A DNA stretch of 63,006 bases, filler included, from Choristocarpus tenellus KU-1152 (taxonomy: Eukaryota; Protista; Phaeophyceae), in the NCBI GenBank assembly GCA_964200185.2. It is 7 parts of 7 records of this genome, joined end to end, with 100 filler letters (N's around TTAATTAATTAA, not from the genome) between each part and the next. Parts side by side here need not be neighbours in the genome. Positions count along the whole stretch, not along the records: positions 39,333 to 48,245 come from CAXNAD020004203.1; positions 48,346 to 56,065 come from CAXNAD020005688.1; 5 more parts are not named here. One strand, given 5' to 3'. The translations under genes and the position numbers were made by a program. The notes beneath the pieces were generated by a model. It was not told the DNA's origin. It ran no database searches and was given only the letters and a program-made list of their open reading frames with translations. Shown here piece after piece: positions 39,397 through 52,800 of this stretch. The first letter of the stretch is position 1; each line of letters begins with the position of its first letter.

Positions 39397-39649
39397 ATAA
39401 GAGAAGAACCCACATTCACATTTGAAGGGTGCTGACAAATATGTGTGAAGCTCGTCTATTTTTACAAACGTGTACAGGAACAGTTCCAAATTCTGTCGAA
39501 ATTTGTATAGTCAATAGAGGAATTTATGTTCTCAAATCTAACTTACCACTTCATCCATAGAAATAAAATATGGGTGAATTGCAAAAGGTTAAAATCTACG
39601 TCAAAAGGCAAACAGCCAAAACCTAGGTGCGTCTCATTTACTTCAACTC
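39397..39649. mobile_element. MITE family E (left TIR truncated)
   Basis: TCATCCATAGAA...TATGGGTGAAT and terminal CTCATTTACTTCAACTC match 47867-48128 and 12650-12877. Confidence 0.6.
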
Positions 39650-41456
39650 AGTTCACACATACGCAAATCAACCGGCCTGGCTCGACCAGCCCGTGAATAG
39701 ACCTGACCCTACCGAAATAAAATTTATTCAAGTGGGTTTGTGGTTGGACCCTATCAAGTACGCGTATCAGTATTTTACTGAGCAAGTTTAAGTGTTGGCC
39801 CCATCACACTTACTACTCCAGAAAAAAATCCTAATCCTTTTGTACGTATGTGAATGATGAGGTAATTCACTCGTTGTGGCGATGGCCAGTTGTCCGCTTC
39901 TTCAGCCCACATCCGAACCAACTAGTTGGCAATCTTGTAGGGTTTGGCATTGTATGCGATCTCTTTCTCTCTCACACAAACAGATGTCTCACAATGATTC
40001 CCCTGGTATACATGGCACCCCCTACCAATTGCAATCACCCCCGGGCCTGCGATTATTGCATTCCGTTTCTGTCTTGTAGCCCACCCTAACTCTTGCAAAA
40101 ACATCCGTGATGTCACTATGTGTTAGTACCAGACATTACTGACCTTGCTTCTTGTATGAAGTGAGCAGCAAGCTGATACTACTTGGAACAAGCCCTGTAT
40201 GACTTTCGTCACTCCTAATCAACACTCGAGTGTTGCTTGCATGAACATGTACAGAGTGAGAACATCTTACAAACTACATTCTAAGAAGGTGTTTGCAAAT
40301 ACACAACTGACGCTTGCTGAACAAGAGGAATTACATCTCAGTATGCATGCACTCAGAAGATCTCCAGCAAGGCTGCAGCACAGGATGAAGCAGCAATAAC
40401 TCACCCCTTCATTTCTTGCCTATGCCACCTGTTATCCACTCAACTACCTCCTCTGAGCTTAGCTTACTCCTTCTCTTCATCTACTAAACATGCATGGCAG
40501 TACAATTCATCCACCGGCAATACATCTGGCTGCACCCAACACACACAGAAGGTAAATACCCTTTTGATTAATTACCAGCCTCAGCGACACCAGGAGTCCA
40601 TCGAAATAACCTGCTGGTGTAACACGACCATCGAATAATTCTATAAAGACAGGTGAATGATAGGGTCATCGCCATGACACCATGGTCGGTCCTTCAAGGG
40701 AGCACTGCGACTCCTCAACACCTTCTCAGGCTCACCTCAGGAAATCCCTCCCAGAACCAAATAAAACCATCTCATATTACTTCACATATACACAAACACA
40801 CAAATCAAAAGAGAAAACAAAAGAGAAAACAAAAGTCAAACCACACACCAAGTTTCGATTCAGACCATATTAACATTATCGGTCTATATGGAACCAACAA
40901 AATCTGGTCGATCAAAACGGGATCTACATCTTGACATCAATATTGAAGAATAAATAAGAGATGCACTTTCGAATGTAACAATAATTACCTTCTGAAGGTG
41001 GTACAAATGACATTGAATCGATGACTGCTCAAGGTATACCCCTAACACTACTGCCAGCAGTTCCTTCCACCACTGTACAGTACCACTGACTAAATTGCAA
41101 CACTTACGTTTCTTTTTTTATTTTTCCTGCACCGTACTAATAGTACTAATAATAATAGTATAAAGCACTACGGGCACAGGTTCATTGTCTAGTCAGTGGA
41201 AACACAAAAGAGCACCCTCCTCTCAAACATCACCTCATTCTGAAAAATACAAAATATTAGAGCAGCGTTCTTGGTCGGTCACTACTCGATAGCCCTAACC
41301 CTCTAACCACAACCAACATTTTTCAGTCAACAGGAGGAGAACGAAGCAAATGACCTATAGATAGATCACCTCGATACCTCACAGATGACAAGGGCCCCCC
41401 CTTGGCACTCATCAAACAGAACACTAAAGACTTAGTTGTATGACCAATCACAGGGG

Positions 41457-44400
41457 CTAAACGCTTCCATCAAGTCCACCCCTTCCATCAGAAGGCATTT
41501 CTCCAAGCGTCAGCAACTGCCTTGCATCCCCCCCAACAGATTGCGAGCTCTTTACTGTCGGTTGCATAGACGAGACCTGAGTGTGAAAATCACCCTGGAG
41601 CTTTACCTGGGCCATCACGTGCCGCTGTAGCAACTGTTGAAGGTCGATTTGATCCTGCAAAATCCTGCTGCTTATTTCCTGAAAGTCTACCATCTGTAAG
41701 GACACCGAGCGTGAGGGGGCCAAACGGCGGAATTTCTCTATGTATATGCCCCTATATAACAATGGTGTTTCCAAAAGGAGGATGGCGTCTATGCTTCATT
41801 AACCAATGCTGTGACATATATTTTTTGCCGTGGCCGACATACTAAACAATAAGACAGACAGGCAGGCAGGCAGGCAGGCACAAAAGCTTTCCCTTACCTT
41901 ATCTGAATCCAACAGAGATTGTAGCACCTTTTCAGTCTCAGAGCTATCAGTGCGATCGTCTTCGTCGGGCTCTCCTTCTGGGGAGTGGGGAGGAAGGTTT
42001 CGCCACCCCTTGGTTGTACAAAACTCCCTATACCTTTCCTTCATACTCAGATCAAAGAACTCCAAGAACTCGTCCTGTCAAAAAGCGAACGACAAGACAT
42101 TGACAAGTAAGGGTACAGGAAGGAGGGAGAGGAGGCAAGGATGGTGGTTGGATGGGCCCACACCACTCTTGAACAAAAAATGCTTCGTGACCAAGGACAA
42201 GCAAAATAGTAATTTCCACATATCCAAAACAGCTTGTGTTCGCTACAAATATATATATACATATACACACACGCTCGAACTTTACATCCATGGCATACAT
42301 AGATATTGTGAGACTTCGAGCCTTGAAGGTATCATGTACTGGAACCACAGCTCCACACAAAAAAATAAAAAAAACATTTATTTTATTGATCATTTTCCAA
42401 ACCGGGTTTAAAACTATAAAAAATCGTACGAACTAGACTCCATAAAACAGTTAACTACATTTATACATTCCGTGTCTCACTCCTCTTAAGGTCTGGGCTG
42501 TACGTTCTGGAGCGTAACTGACATAGCAGTAACTCTAACCCTATACGAGACCTACGGAATAGAAAGAGCACCCCCACCTCCCCCCCCCAGAGTACACACA
42601 CGTTCACCGTCGTACAGAAAATAAAAATTTCTATTGGAGAGGAAAAAAACTGTGGGAAAAACCAGGAATATTTTTCTGCGCTACAGCATTACCTCGACAC
42701 CGCTCTGAATGTGCTTGTTATAGGCACGCTGCACTTGATAAAAACAGGAAAAAACGAGATGTTCATTTTAAAAAAAAGAGTCACCCACAACAACTCGGGT
42801 AAATTTTTCTAATATCTTTCTTAACTAAGCTCAAGACAAATCAGGGTTAGGGATAGGGTTGGGGTTAGTCTGATTCTCCTTGTGCAAAACAGGCCCGGCA
42901 AGAGACCCTTCATTAACTCCAATCTACACAACAAGCACGGGTTCATGGCGGCTATTGAGTTGAGGGGAAGGTGTTCTTGACGAAAAAAATAATAAAACAG
43001 TAGCAGCAAAGGCGATTGGCACAAAAACGTTGCCTGGCCAGAGACCTATCTCTAACCAAATCCAACAAGATTGTTCCGAAAAAGGACCACACTCTAGGAG
43101 TGTGCTATTGCACAAAAGATACAAACTCTCACTTCTCAATTGCCAAAATTAGATATAATTTGAGGATTCTCATTGCCGTGCCCGTGCCCGTGTGTGTGTG
43201 TGTGTGCATGAACATTCACAAACATGCACAGACAACACTTTTTAGAAAGGATAAAAATAAATATTGACAACCAACAATAACAAAAAACACTATTCATATT
43301 TGTACAGAGGCGTACAAGGTTCACACATAGAACAACCAGGTCGATGAGAAGTATTTACGGCCCACAGCAGCAGGCAAGCACGATGTGTGGGATAGCACAA
43401 TGCTCTCCAGTAGCCCCCACTCTGTCCATAACACGGCCCACTGCTACATTACCTGTGGCACCATCCAAAATGCCTGTCATCTAGGGCAAAGCCCAGAGCA
43501 TATCTCCTCCAGAAAACTCCCCTGTACACAGCAAGACTCTGAGTCCGTTCTTTCTACACTGGATGCTGTCTGGGACGAAGACCAGGGTCCATTTCCTCTA
43601 AGCAAGTTGTCCTTGAAAAAGACCCCTCCCATCTAACCTAAAACATATGTTGTCCCCACACAATGCTCTATGAATTCCTTTTCTCTATAGCCCACATTGT
43701 CCAGGATATCGCTTGGAGTTTGTAGTACTACTCGAAGTTACACTATACCTACCCAACAAATACTAACAGTACTCTGTCAGAACTACTTGGACAGGCTCGT
43801 TGCCAGAAGGGTGAGCTAATGTCCCCATCTCCATATCGTACAGACTTTGCATACTATTTTGGAGGAGCTTCTTATGGCATGCCATGCGCCTACCATACTT
43901 TGATGATGCCTCCCCTGCCTGGCATAGTAGTACAATAATAGTGTTACATATTTTTTGACAAGTTGCAACACCAACAGCAGCAAGCCTTGATCCATAGCCT
44001 GACAAAACTGTTTCCAAGCATCCCCTATTGTGGTTTAAGCTCTCTGTTCGAACAGGTCCATACATAGTTCAGTTGGGGATCAGAGTCAAAGGCCACGATA
44101 CCATATACCATGTAACATGTAACATACACCATAACTCGTACGGTCAAAGACAATCGTAGCAAAACACAGCACTTATAATGTTAGCTACTAATGTAACCAC
44201 CTTTTGTGACAGTATACATTAGAGCCAAAAAGAGATGAGCTTCATTTGTCCTACGTCTTTCAACCGGCTATGGTACTGCATTGGTAATGCAGTACTGTTG
44301 TGGTCGCACTTTCCATTTCCGAAGTGAAAAGAAAATCGTTACCGAACACTCTGTAAAACTATGTAATTAGACCGCATTCTCTACTCTACATCCCCATGGT

Positions 44401-45776
44401 TTCAAGCTTTTGCTGCCATCTTCAAGGTGTAGAAACTCCTCACCTTGGATCGGTTCGAGTGGAGGCGATGCTTCTGCAGGTGACTTTTGATATGCTCAGT
44501 AGTTAGTCCCTCTGATGTGGGCATGAGCTTCATGAGAACCTGACGAGATTCTCATTCGTAATGCCCGCAGCGCAAGAGGGTGAAGGAGGGGCGGGGTAAA
44601 GGTGTTTCGAGGTGTGCACCAAGACGAGAAAAAGTAAGGGCATATTGCTTGGTCACTTTACAGTGAAGTACCCAAATTGAGCAGTGGTCTACACGGAGGT
44701 AAGTGGATATCAAGAGGTAAGAAATCACTAGATGAGGGCCTTTGACCTATGAATGGATTTGAGAGTATTTTGACTGATTAATCTGACCGCAAATAATTAG
44801 ATCTATCTGAACACCATGCTCCAGTGCAATCTCTGGGCCTCCATTCACTGTCACAGGGTGATAGGAATGCAACTAAAGCCTCCAGTAACGTGTGCGATTT
44901 GCAGTGCATCGGAAGAGGACAGAGTGGTCTCTACAACTCGACTGCAACTGCGAGCTCAGGCTTGCCAAGTTTCCAGTCCTTAGTAAACATTTGTGCACCA
45001 CACTTGCACATACACTGCTGATGGGATTTGAAGATGTGCCCAGTTATTTCAAGAGAATCAAGGGGCACCTTCGGTGATGAGTGCTTCAGTCCGAGCTCGA
45101 ATATGGTCTTGGCGAAAGTACCCCATGATCGAGGAGGCAGTCCCGACTCCTGCCAAGAGTGAGGTACGAAAGCCAGGAATGGTAAGAGAGTTGGACTTGG
45201 GCATCGGGCAAATAGAGCAGCATGGAGTGCGCTGCAGAGAGCAAGAGCACCAGGGCGTCAAGGCTGGTGACAATCCTTGACCAAAAGGCACTTCCTTCCT
45301 ACGATAAGAACTAACACCTCAAATGTTGCCCCCTATATTTGTATGCCTCCCTCCGTGTTGGAGTTTTAGAGAGATCGACATGCTGCAGCCCATTCAAACA
45401 TCGCCGTCAACATAGAACCAACCATGAGCTCCTCCGTCCACTCGAAGTAAGAGTCGTCTTGGTCACCTCCTCGTCTCCGCTTCTTGGGCCGACTCATTCC
45501 CCCTAAGGATCCCGTCTTTCCCTCCACACTGTTTCTTGGGTTGTCACGGACGCAGCGATGGGTCCTCCTCCTCCCCCAGACCTCCTCATCATCCCCACCT
45601 ACTCCCCTGGTCATGGACTTTCCCCTTTCGCTAGTGGGAGTGATCGGTGCAGGAAGTCGCGGACGCAAGTCATCGGGAGTTGACCTGACCACTCCATCTC
45701 CAGTCCCATCTTGGGGTTCTGTGCTTCTCTGGGAGAGATTGGTGTACACATCTCGCAGGACATCCACTACAGACAT
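41457..45776 (-). CDS. GARP/SHAQKYF-class Myb plus coiled-coil transcription factor (MYB-CC, PHR1/PSR1-like)
   Basis: Exons 45423-45776, 45069-45149, 44444-44539, 41898-42074, 41457-41693. FEWTEEL...FAKTIFELGLKHSSPKVLMKLMP..GLTTEHIKSHLQKHRL; NLS-like RPKKRRR; C-terminal QIDLQQLLQRHVMAQVKLQ resembles the LHEQLE coiled coil. Confidence 0.82.
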
Positions 45777-45796
45777 GATCCTTGTGTTTATAGCAG

Positions 45797-45797
<1 letters not shown>

Positions 45798-45831
<34 letters not shown>
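45798..45831. repeat. (AC)n microsatellite just upstream of the MYB-CC ATG
   Basis: Direct reading. Confidence 0.9.
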
Positions 45832-45833
<2 letters not shown>

Positions 45834-47866
45834 AACTCCACAACTTTATAGCAACCTTAAAGGAGGAGCAATCAGAATCAGTACCAACGTTTTTCGTGCT
45901 AAGGAGTGGAACGGTCAAACACAACATAGGGCTAATTAATGAATGGTACATTAAAGATTTCTGAAAATGGATACAACATAGTGGAGGAAGGTTTGAGTGT
46001 TGTCAATGAAAGGTTTAAAAAAATTTCAAAACGAATCTGAAGATTCGTTTGGTCATACATATATATTCACCAAGGAAAAACAGAATTTCAAATATATTTT
46101 ATTGTGAAGTGTATGTTTTTTATACTGTATCTCAATACGTTTTGGTCGTTTGTCCCTAGAAAACCTTGACTTTGTTATACTAGTACTAATAATATATGAA
46201 TAAAATTTAGTGTTAGTAGAAGTTCGCAATACTAACAACACACCTACCTAATCTTAAAAAAAATGCTGTTAATATTTAAACACAAAAATGCCCCCATCGA
46301 ATGTGGTTTTCACTACATTCAACAAAGAAGAAACGAATGTGTACACTCTACAATCAGTTTTTACTTGGCATGCTTACCACTTACTAGGCAGGTGGGCGAG
46401 GATTTAGGGAAGGATCCCAACAATCTGGTAGGTAGGCCCCTTCCAATATCACACACACACACACACACCTCGTTCGTTAACACTCCATTTTTTGTTATGT
46501 TTTGCGAAGTTTGGATCTATAATAATAGTATCTTACGAAATAAATGAAGTTGTATTCTCGTTACTTCTTGTCACCCTTCTAATAATCATAACATGGCAAA
46601 AAGTGTGTAAAATATGCGAGTTTTTCCCCTCCTCCTACCTGTTATCCCTATACGTACGGCGAAGTGGTGGATATGTTTTGCCTTCTATCCCTACTATAGA
46701 TAGAGCGGAACGAAGTGAGCGGTGGATATTTGAAACAAACTATTATTGCTACCAGGACCCCCCCCATAGCTCAACATTAAACCTAACTTCTACCCATACC
46801 CCAACTGGTCATTTTTGTTTTGAAGATTGTTGAGGGGTTGGTTGTCTCAGAACACTATTTTTTTATGCTGTTGTTCGGCAGGGATGTGGTCTGTGATGCC
46901 TCCAGTACTACTACTCCGGAGTACTACGTATAAAGTCGTAGTAGTTCAGAACTCCGTGGTGGTCATTTTAATAGTTCAAAGTTTCGCACGACACACCACG
47001 CACCTAATGTATAAAACATAATACATGCACGATTTTTTTAGCTTGGTCATCAATTTTCTACCCAGGCACAGCCTTGCTGTATGTTTTTCCTGCTGGTGCT
47101 GCTGGAGCACCATGTGTGATGGCTGGTGAAGTTTCTCCCCTTCTTCCCCTTGCAAAGACACACAACCCTCTCCTCTCCCTTTCCTCCTGGTACTGCTCCA
47201 GCACCGTGGCTGCTCAATGGTGAATGTTCTCCTTCTCCCTTTTCTCCAATCACAGTCCCCACAAGTAGCTTACCCAGGTGGCAGAATACCTCCCATTGTT
47301 CCTTTCCTCCTGGGGCAGCTGAGCACTGTGACTACTAACTGGCGGAGCTTCCCTTACTATCTTTCCCCTATGGTGCAACTTCCACTGTTCCCAACTCACA
47401 GCATTGCACCCTGCAGTAGTAGAACCTCATCCCGACCATAGAACATTGGTGGGCTACTTCGCCCATTACATGCAGTTGTTGCAAGTAAGACACACAGCAG
47501 GAATAATAAACATGATTGCCGCTCAAGAGCACAGTTGTAACATGTATGTTTGTTTGTCTGAGTGCGCGGAACTCTGTTAATGGATGTAATTCTGTTGACA
47601 AGCCGTAAAGAAACTATTTGCAACTTGATTGAGTGAGTGAGGTGGTGAGACCAAGCACACAACACACATTCGTTGTTGCGAGGGACACCCAGGAGCAAAA
47701 GAAAGATTATTTTCATCAAAACAGTAACGTAGATGGAGTGCATGCCACATTCCCACCTTGGTCCCTTGGATCCCGCAGTTCAAACTACCCAACATGTCTT
47801 TCATACATCGGAATGTCAAATTTGTGTAAGGCCTTTTCTGAGTTCTGTCATTTTTTTTCAAACATT

Positions 47867-48128
47867 GAGTCAAAGTAAGCGAGAGATACCCACCACAGTC
47901 GCACTTTAAGGATGTAATAGAACATGTACAAAAGTTAGATTTTGTTACAAGTGTTTGTAGGACATTTTCAGAAATATTGCGAGATGTTTCAAACAACAGA
48001 GAAATAAACGCGCTCAAGTCAAACTTAGAGCTTCATCCATAGAACTATGGGTGAATAATAAACGACTGGAAAAGTGGCTTATAATGCAAAACCGCCAAAA
48101 ACTAGGTACCTCTCGTTCATATGAACTC
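47867..48128. mobile_element. MITE family E
   Basis: TIRs GAGTCAAAGTAAGCGAGAGATACC ... GGTACCTCTCGTTCATATGAACTC. Confidence 0.75.
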
Positions 48129-48176
48129 GATAGAGAAATCGATAATCTCAAGTCAATCTTAGCATTCATTCCATCT

Positions 48177-48245
48177 AACAGGGGATCCTCAAAATTGAGG
48201 ATGGCGCGGGACTATGAGGATGGTTGTTTTGCGAAAACGGTCTTT
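48177..48245. mobile_element. Family C terminus at contig end
   Basis: AACAGGGGATCCTCAAAATTGAGGATGGCGCGGGACTATGAGGATGG. Confidence 0.8.
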
Positions 48246-48345
48246 NNNNNNNNNNNNNNNNNNNNNNNNNNNNNNNNNNNNNNNNNNNNTTAATTAATTA
48301 ANNNNNNNNNNNNNNNNNNNNNNNNNNNNNNNNNNNNNNNNNNNN
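48246..48345. other. Artificial contig spacer
   Basis: N run with TTAATTAATTAA. Confidence 0.98.
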
Positions 48346-49825
48346 GGGGGGGTGACCGCCTTGAAGAGACCATGGCTGAGGCACGGGTCAAAACACCTCC
48401 AGGAAAGATGTACCCTCCCGCACAAAGAGGATCTTGATAACGCCATAGAAGGCGAGGTTGAAAATATATATATATAGTTTCATGATTCCGACCATGACAT
48501 TGAAAGAAACGGTCAATGGCAGGATCCATTCAGATTATGTACCATTAGGGGTATACCTCATATCGACTCATCCTTCAAAAAAAAAAGTGATGACGAGAAT
48601 CTCTATTCAGATTATACTGTCAGGGATATATAAATATATATAAATATATATACCTTACACCGAGCAGTTAATTCCCCCAATATCAAGTCAGCGACAGCAT
48701 CATCGGCAGTCTGCAAAATTGGTGCCGCTGTGTTTAGGCCCCCTCTCTTTTGACTGTCTTTTGACAGATTGATTAGATTCAGTCATTTGAGCAAAAGTTG
48801 TGTTCAAAACTCTGTCATAGTACGACAAGGTAGAACAACGGGGTGGTAGTGGGAAAAAAGAGCTACCTACAAAATAAATTCCCTCTACCGGCATGGCATC
48901 TCACCAGCCAGGGGGAGGAAGCAGGGGGGGGTAGCAACCACCGCATAGGCAGGTTTTCCACCATATCAGCCAGTTAACCAGACCTCACCTCTCAAAACCT
49001 CTGACGGTTCTGGACTGACCCTGTGAGAACATTATTTTTCACTACAGGCCCTGTCAGAAACACTATACACACTGGGAGGGCCTGGCTGCCACTCCAATTC
49101 GGAACAAAACATGAGGCGATACCATGTAAATAAACCTTGCCCGTCTAATATCTGCAGGTTTCAGGGAAAATCAGTCAGGTTCCAAAGAACAAAAAAAAAA
49201 AATGCTTCCGTAGTATGGAAGGAGCTAACCTGGGTTGCATTTGTCCAACTTCGTTATTACAGTGCTGTACACAACCTTTTACGCCCATCAAATCATAATG
49301 TTGTATCAGTAACAAAAGTAAATAATCTCCTTCCTAGGAATGCTCATGTTCATATATCAAACAGAGATTGTCCTGCGTACCTACTACTCCGGAGTACTGC
49401 ATTATACACACATGTATACGGCCCAAACGGTAAGCCCGAGAACTACCACCATGAGATCATCTCAACTGTGTAGAGTCTCTCACAGGTATACTACAATACC
49501 AGCATGGTTGAAAACCACCTCAAAGATAAAAATTTCAGGGACCTTGGCAGGCATTATTACATATCCTACACAATAGCTCTGTCCTAGGCTACACAAACTT
49601 CCTTATGCCCGACTTGACACAGTGACACAGTTAGCACCTAGCTAAGAAAGCATGAGTGGACCAGCCTGGCCAATTAGTAGACTTGTAATATGCCCTCTTC
49701 GTTTTAACTGGTGCAGTGAAAAGGCTCTGGCATTTATCGCTGACTGGAATCAAAGTCCGCAATATGAAAGTTGAAAATATTTGCAACAGCTGTTGTTGGC
49801 ATCCTCCCAGGGAAAACCATATTAC

Positions 49826-52800
49826 CGGATTGTCCTTGCCACACCACCCCCCCCCCTGTCTCTGCATGGAGTCACCAATCTCTCGCAGGAAGGTGGAAAG
49901 GATTAAACAGCAAAAATTGTCTGTCAGGTGGAGCACCAGTGGTTCAGGTCCACTATTCATGAAACGGAATCAAAAACGGTCACGTCCAAATCGAAGACTA
50001 AAATTGCGATCGATCAGGTGCTTCACCTTCAACAGAAATGGAAATAAGTCAGCATACAGTGGGAGGAAATTGTACGCTCCAGCGGTTCTGTATTTCAAAA
50101 TCAGCTCCTTCTCACTGACACAACTCCGAATCTCTCACCACACCTACCTTTCGTGGCGTTTGAGTCGATCCATGGACCAACTCATCACACATGAAAAAAT
50201 ATATTATTACCCACACATGTATTTACCACAGCTTACAAATGGGGCGGAGCAAACTCAGGCATGGGGGCAATAGAACTTACCTACGGCCAGATCGACGGCA
50301 GTTCCCCCCTCTGGCGCACGTCCCGCAACTGCCCCTGCTCCTGCTCCTACCCCTACTCCTGCTCCTGCTCCTGCTCCTACTACTCCTTCCCCTGTGCTTG
50401 CTGCAGCCCCCTCAACCGTCCCAGCTCCTATCCCCCCGCCTACTCCTGGTCCTGATTGGCCCGGTCGCGGTATCGTGGAAAGAAATCTGCGCTCATCTCG
50501 TGACGGAGCACGTGTCCCCCCCCCCCCCCAGTACTATTTTTGTTGCCCATATTGCTTCGGTCTTGTGGCGTCTTACACCTTTGGTCACAGTGGTCTCCTG
50601 TTAAGTGCATAATGCGGAAATGGGGGGGGGGGAGGGTTAATGTGAGGTCGAATCTCGGAATGAAGCCGGGCATGACTTGCAACTGGGACATCACATCTTG
50701 ACGAAGAGTCACGCAGCTAAGTGTCCAAGGTCTTCTATTGAGAAACACTTTCGTGTCTAGGGACATCGACACAACAGTTGGACAGGATATATCGTTGTAC
50801 GTATCACAAGTACACTTTGTGAGAAGGACGTACACGAATGAATTGCCCGCCTCCCTCTACAACATACGTGGGGAGTGATCAGAAGTTCACGAGGAGCTGT
50901 ATAGCCCGTGATGAGAGAATCCTACTGGAGACTGTTCCAGCCACAGTCTGTCATTATGTGACCGAGAATTGCATCTACACAAAGGTTCAGAGGATCCCAA
51001 GGGGTCAACGCTTCGAAAATAGCATCTCATTCCAAAATAATGATATCCTGTTGAGGCTAGGTATAATTTATCTAGCTCTGGTGAGGTTCAGAAAAGAGGT
51101 TAAATATGAACATCTGACCAAGGAGAATACGATACCCAGTCACAAAAAGGTATGTCTTTGTCGCGCCTTATCTAAGGAAAACATGTTAGGGGAAGGATCA
51201 CCTCAAGCAGACCAGATACTTTCGTCGTGGCAGAGTTCGTCTGTGATTCAACCCTCTTTCTAAAACCCGACCGTATTATCAGTACAATATATAACGCGGG
51301 AGCACCCACCTCAGCACCTCAACACCTCCACCCTCTTCATACTTCTACATCTAGTGCCTGGGTAGTAGAGCTGGATGTGCTTGGTGCTCTATGGAAGGTC
51401 GTCGTCGGTCACAATAATTTGTTGTCGGTAGTATTATACACAGTAGACATCGAAAAGATCATACAAGATTATTTATTCCGCAGAAGGGTATAGACATACT
51501 GTACTTCACTTGTATGATCCGAAAAGTTGATAATTTCGAACGTGTTGTATTATCTTATTATTGCTTGACAATTGATTGGTGGTCCACCAATATCCCACAA
51601 TCATCCAAATAAAAAAATACCTAGTGTTGTCCGTTCACGGAAGTAAAATCCAAAAAAGTTGTGGTTTATTTTGATCGTATTATATGAAGATTCCAGATTT
51701 CAGTAGAACTGGAGATTGGCGGTATATTAGTGTCAACTGTCAACAAAAATATAGATTCTTTCTCTGGTTCTGTTCAAAAATTGGTGGTCAAAAATTAGTA
51801 TTGAACGAATGAGTGGTGGCATAGAACAACAACTGACACACACTACCATCACTCAATTTAGTTCACAATGAATGACCTCTACAAATTATATACCTATGTT
51901 AATGTAAATTATGGGTCAACTCTTTCTAGTCTTAAATTTATTATATTTGGAGTAAGATTTGGGGCATGTGTCAGGGAAAAGGCAAACCTTTGTCACATCA
52001 ACTCCTACTACTACTACTGTTCTGATATCCACCTTCCTGACAAGGTATATCTTTTAATTTACCTTCCATTTGAAGGTATACCTCGAAGTCTGTTTCCTTG
52101 TCTGACATCACAATTGGCTAGTGATAAGTCAATATCAGGTTGTTGCGTGGAGGTTACAAGCCCTCCTCATTCACTTCCCTTGTCCACTCCTTCCTGAGTG
52201 ATCTTCTGAGGGTTCCTTACCCTCGGTCCTGCCTTATATCTTCCCCTCCCTTTCCTCCTCCTATGCATCTTCCCGTTTCCCTTCAGTATGCAGAACCTGT
52301 CTGCCAGTTTCCACCTATTTCACAAGGACTGCTGTAAAATAATAGTTGTCATTAATGCAAAGGATACCTCTGAATTTTTTTCTTACCGTTTCAAAACTAA
52401 CAATGCAACAACTCACTTAGACGTTGGTAACTACAATATAATGTATACACTGCTGCCATGACTCTAACCTACCTTTCCTCTATAAAGTTCGGCAAGGATG
52501 GTGGGTATTATTGAGTAGTACCTCTGACCCAGGTTGGGATAGACTCCAGGCTAAGTGAAGAAAAATATATTAAAGAGATTGTGCACTTCGGGGTCATACG
52601 AACGATGGCGCAAAAAATATCACACTCACAAAAAGGTAATAAATTTGGGGGTGGGAAGGGGTTACTACATTATTAGTATATGCTGTCGTGTCGACAAAGT
52701 GGGTGTAATAATGGGTAATGTGACACAAATGAGGGGTGAATACTGGGGCTTTTGGGGGCTGGTCGCAAACAATAATTGCCCGTCTGTGTCCACCACCAAA

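Noticed and set aside
42843-42868. Degenerate TTAGGG-like runs here and at about 41294, 56225 and 56648
   Set aside because: Short, imperfect and scattered; not telomeres, and they weaken the specificity of the 31261 repeat
33437-45776. Phosphatase next to a PHR1/PSR1-like regulator as a phosphate gene cluster
   Set aside because: They are on different contigs separated by an artificial spacer; linkage is unsupported
48346-48460. YIFPGG motif suggesting cyclopropane fatty acid synthase
   Set aside because: Isolated hexapeptide at a contig edge; surrounding residues do not fit
50330-50450. In-frame TAG codons among EQ repeats suggesting TAG=Gln recoding
   Set aside because: Another frame is fully open, and TAG ends the telobox and MYB-CC genes normally; the conserved dynein exons I translated showed no in-frame TAG
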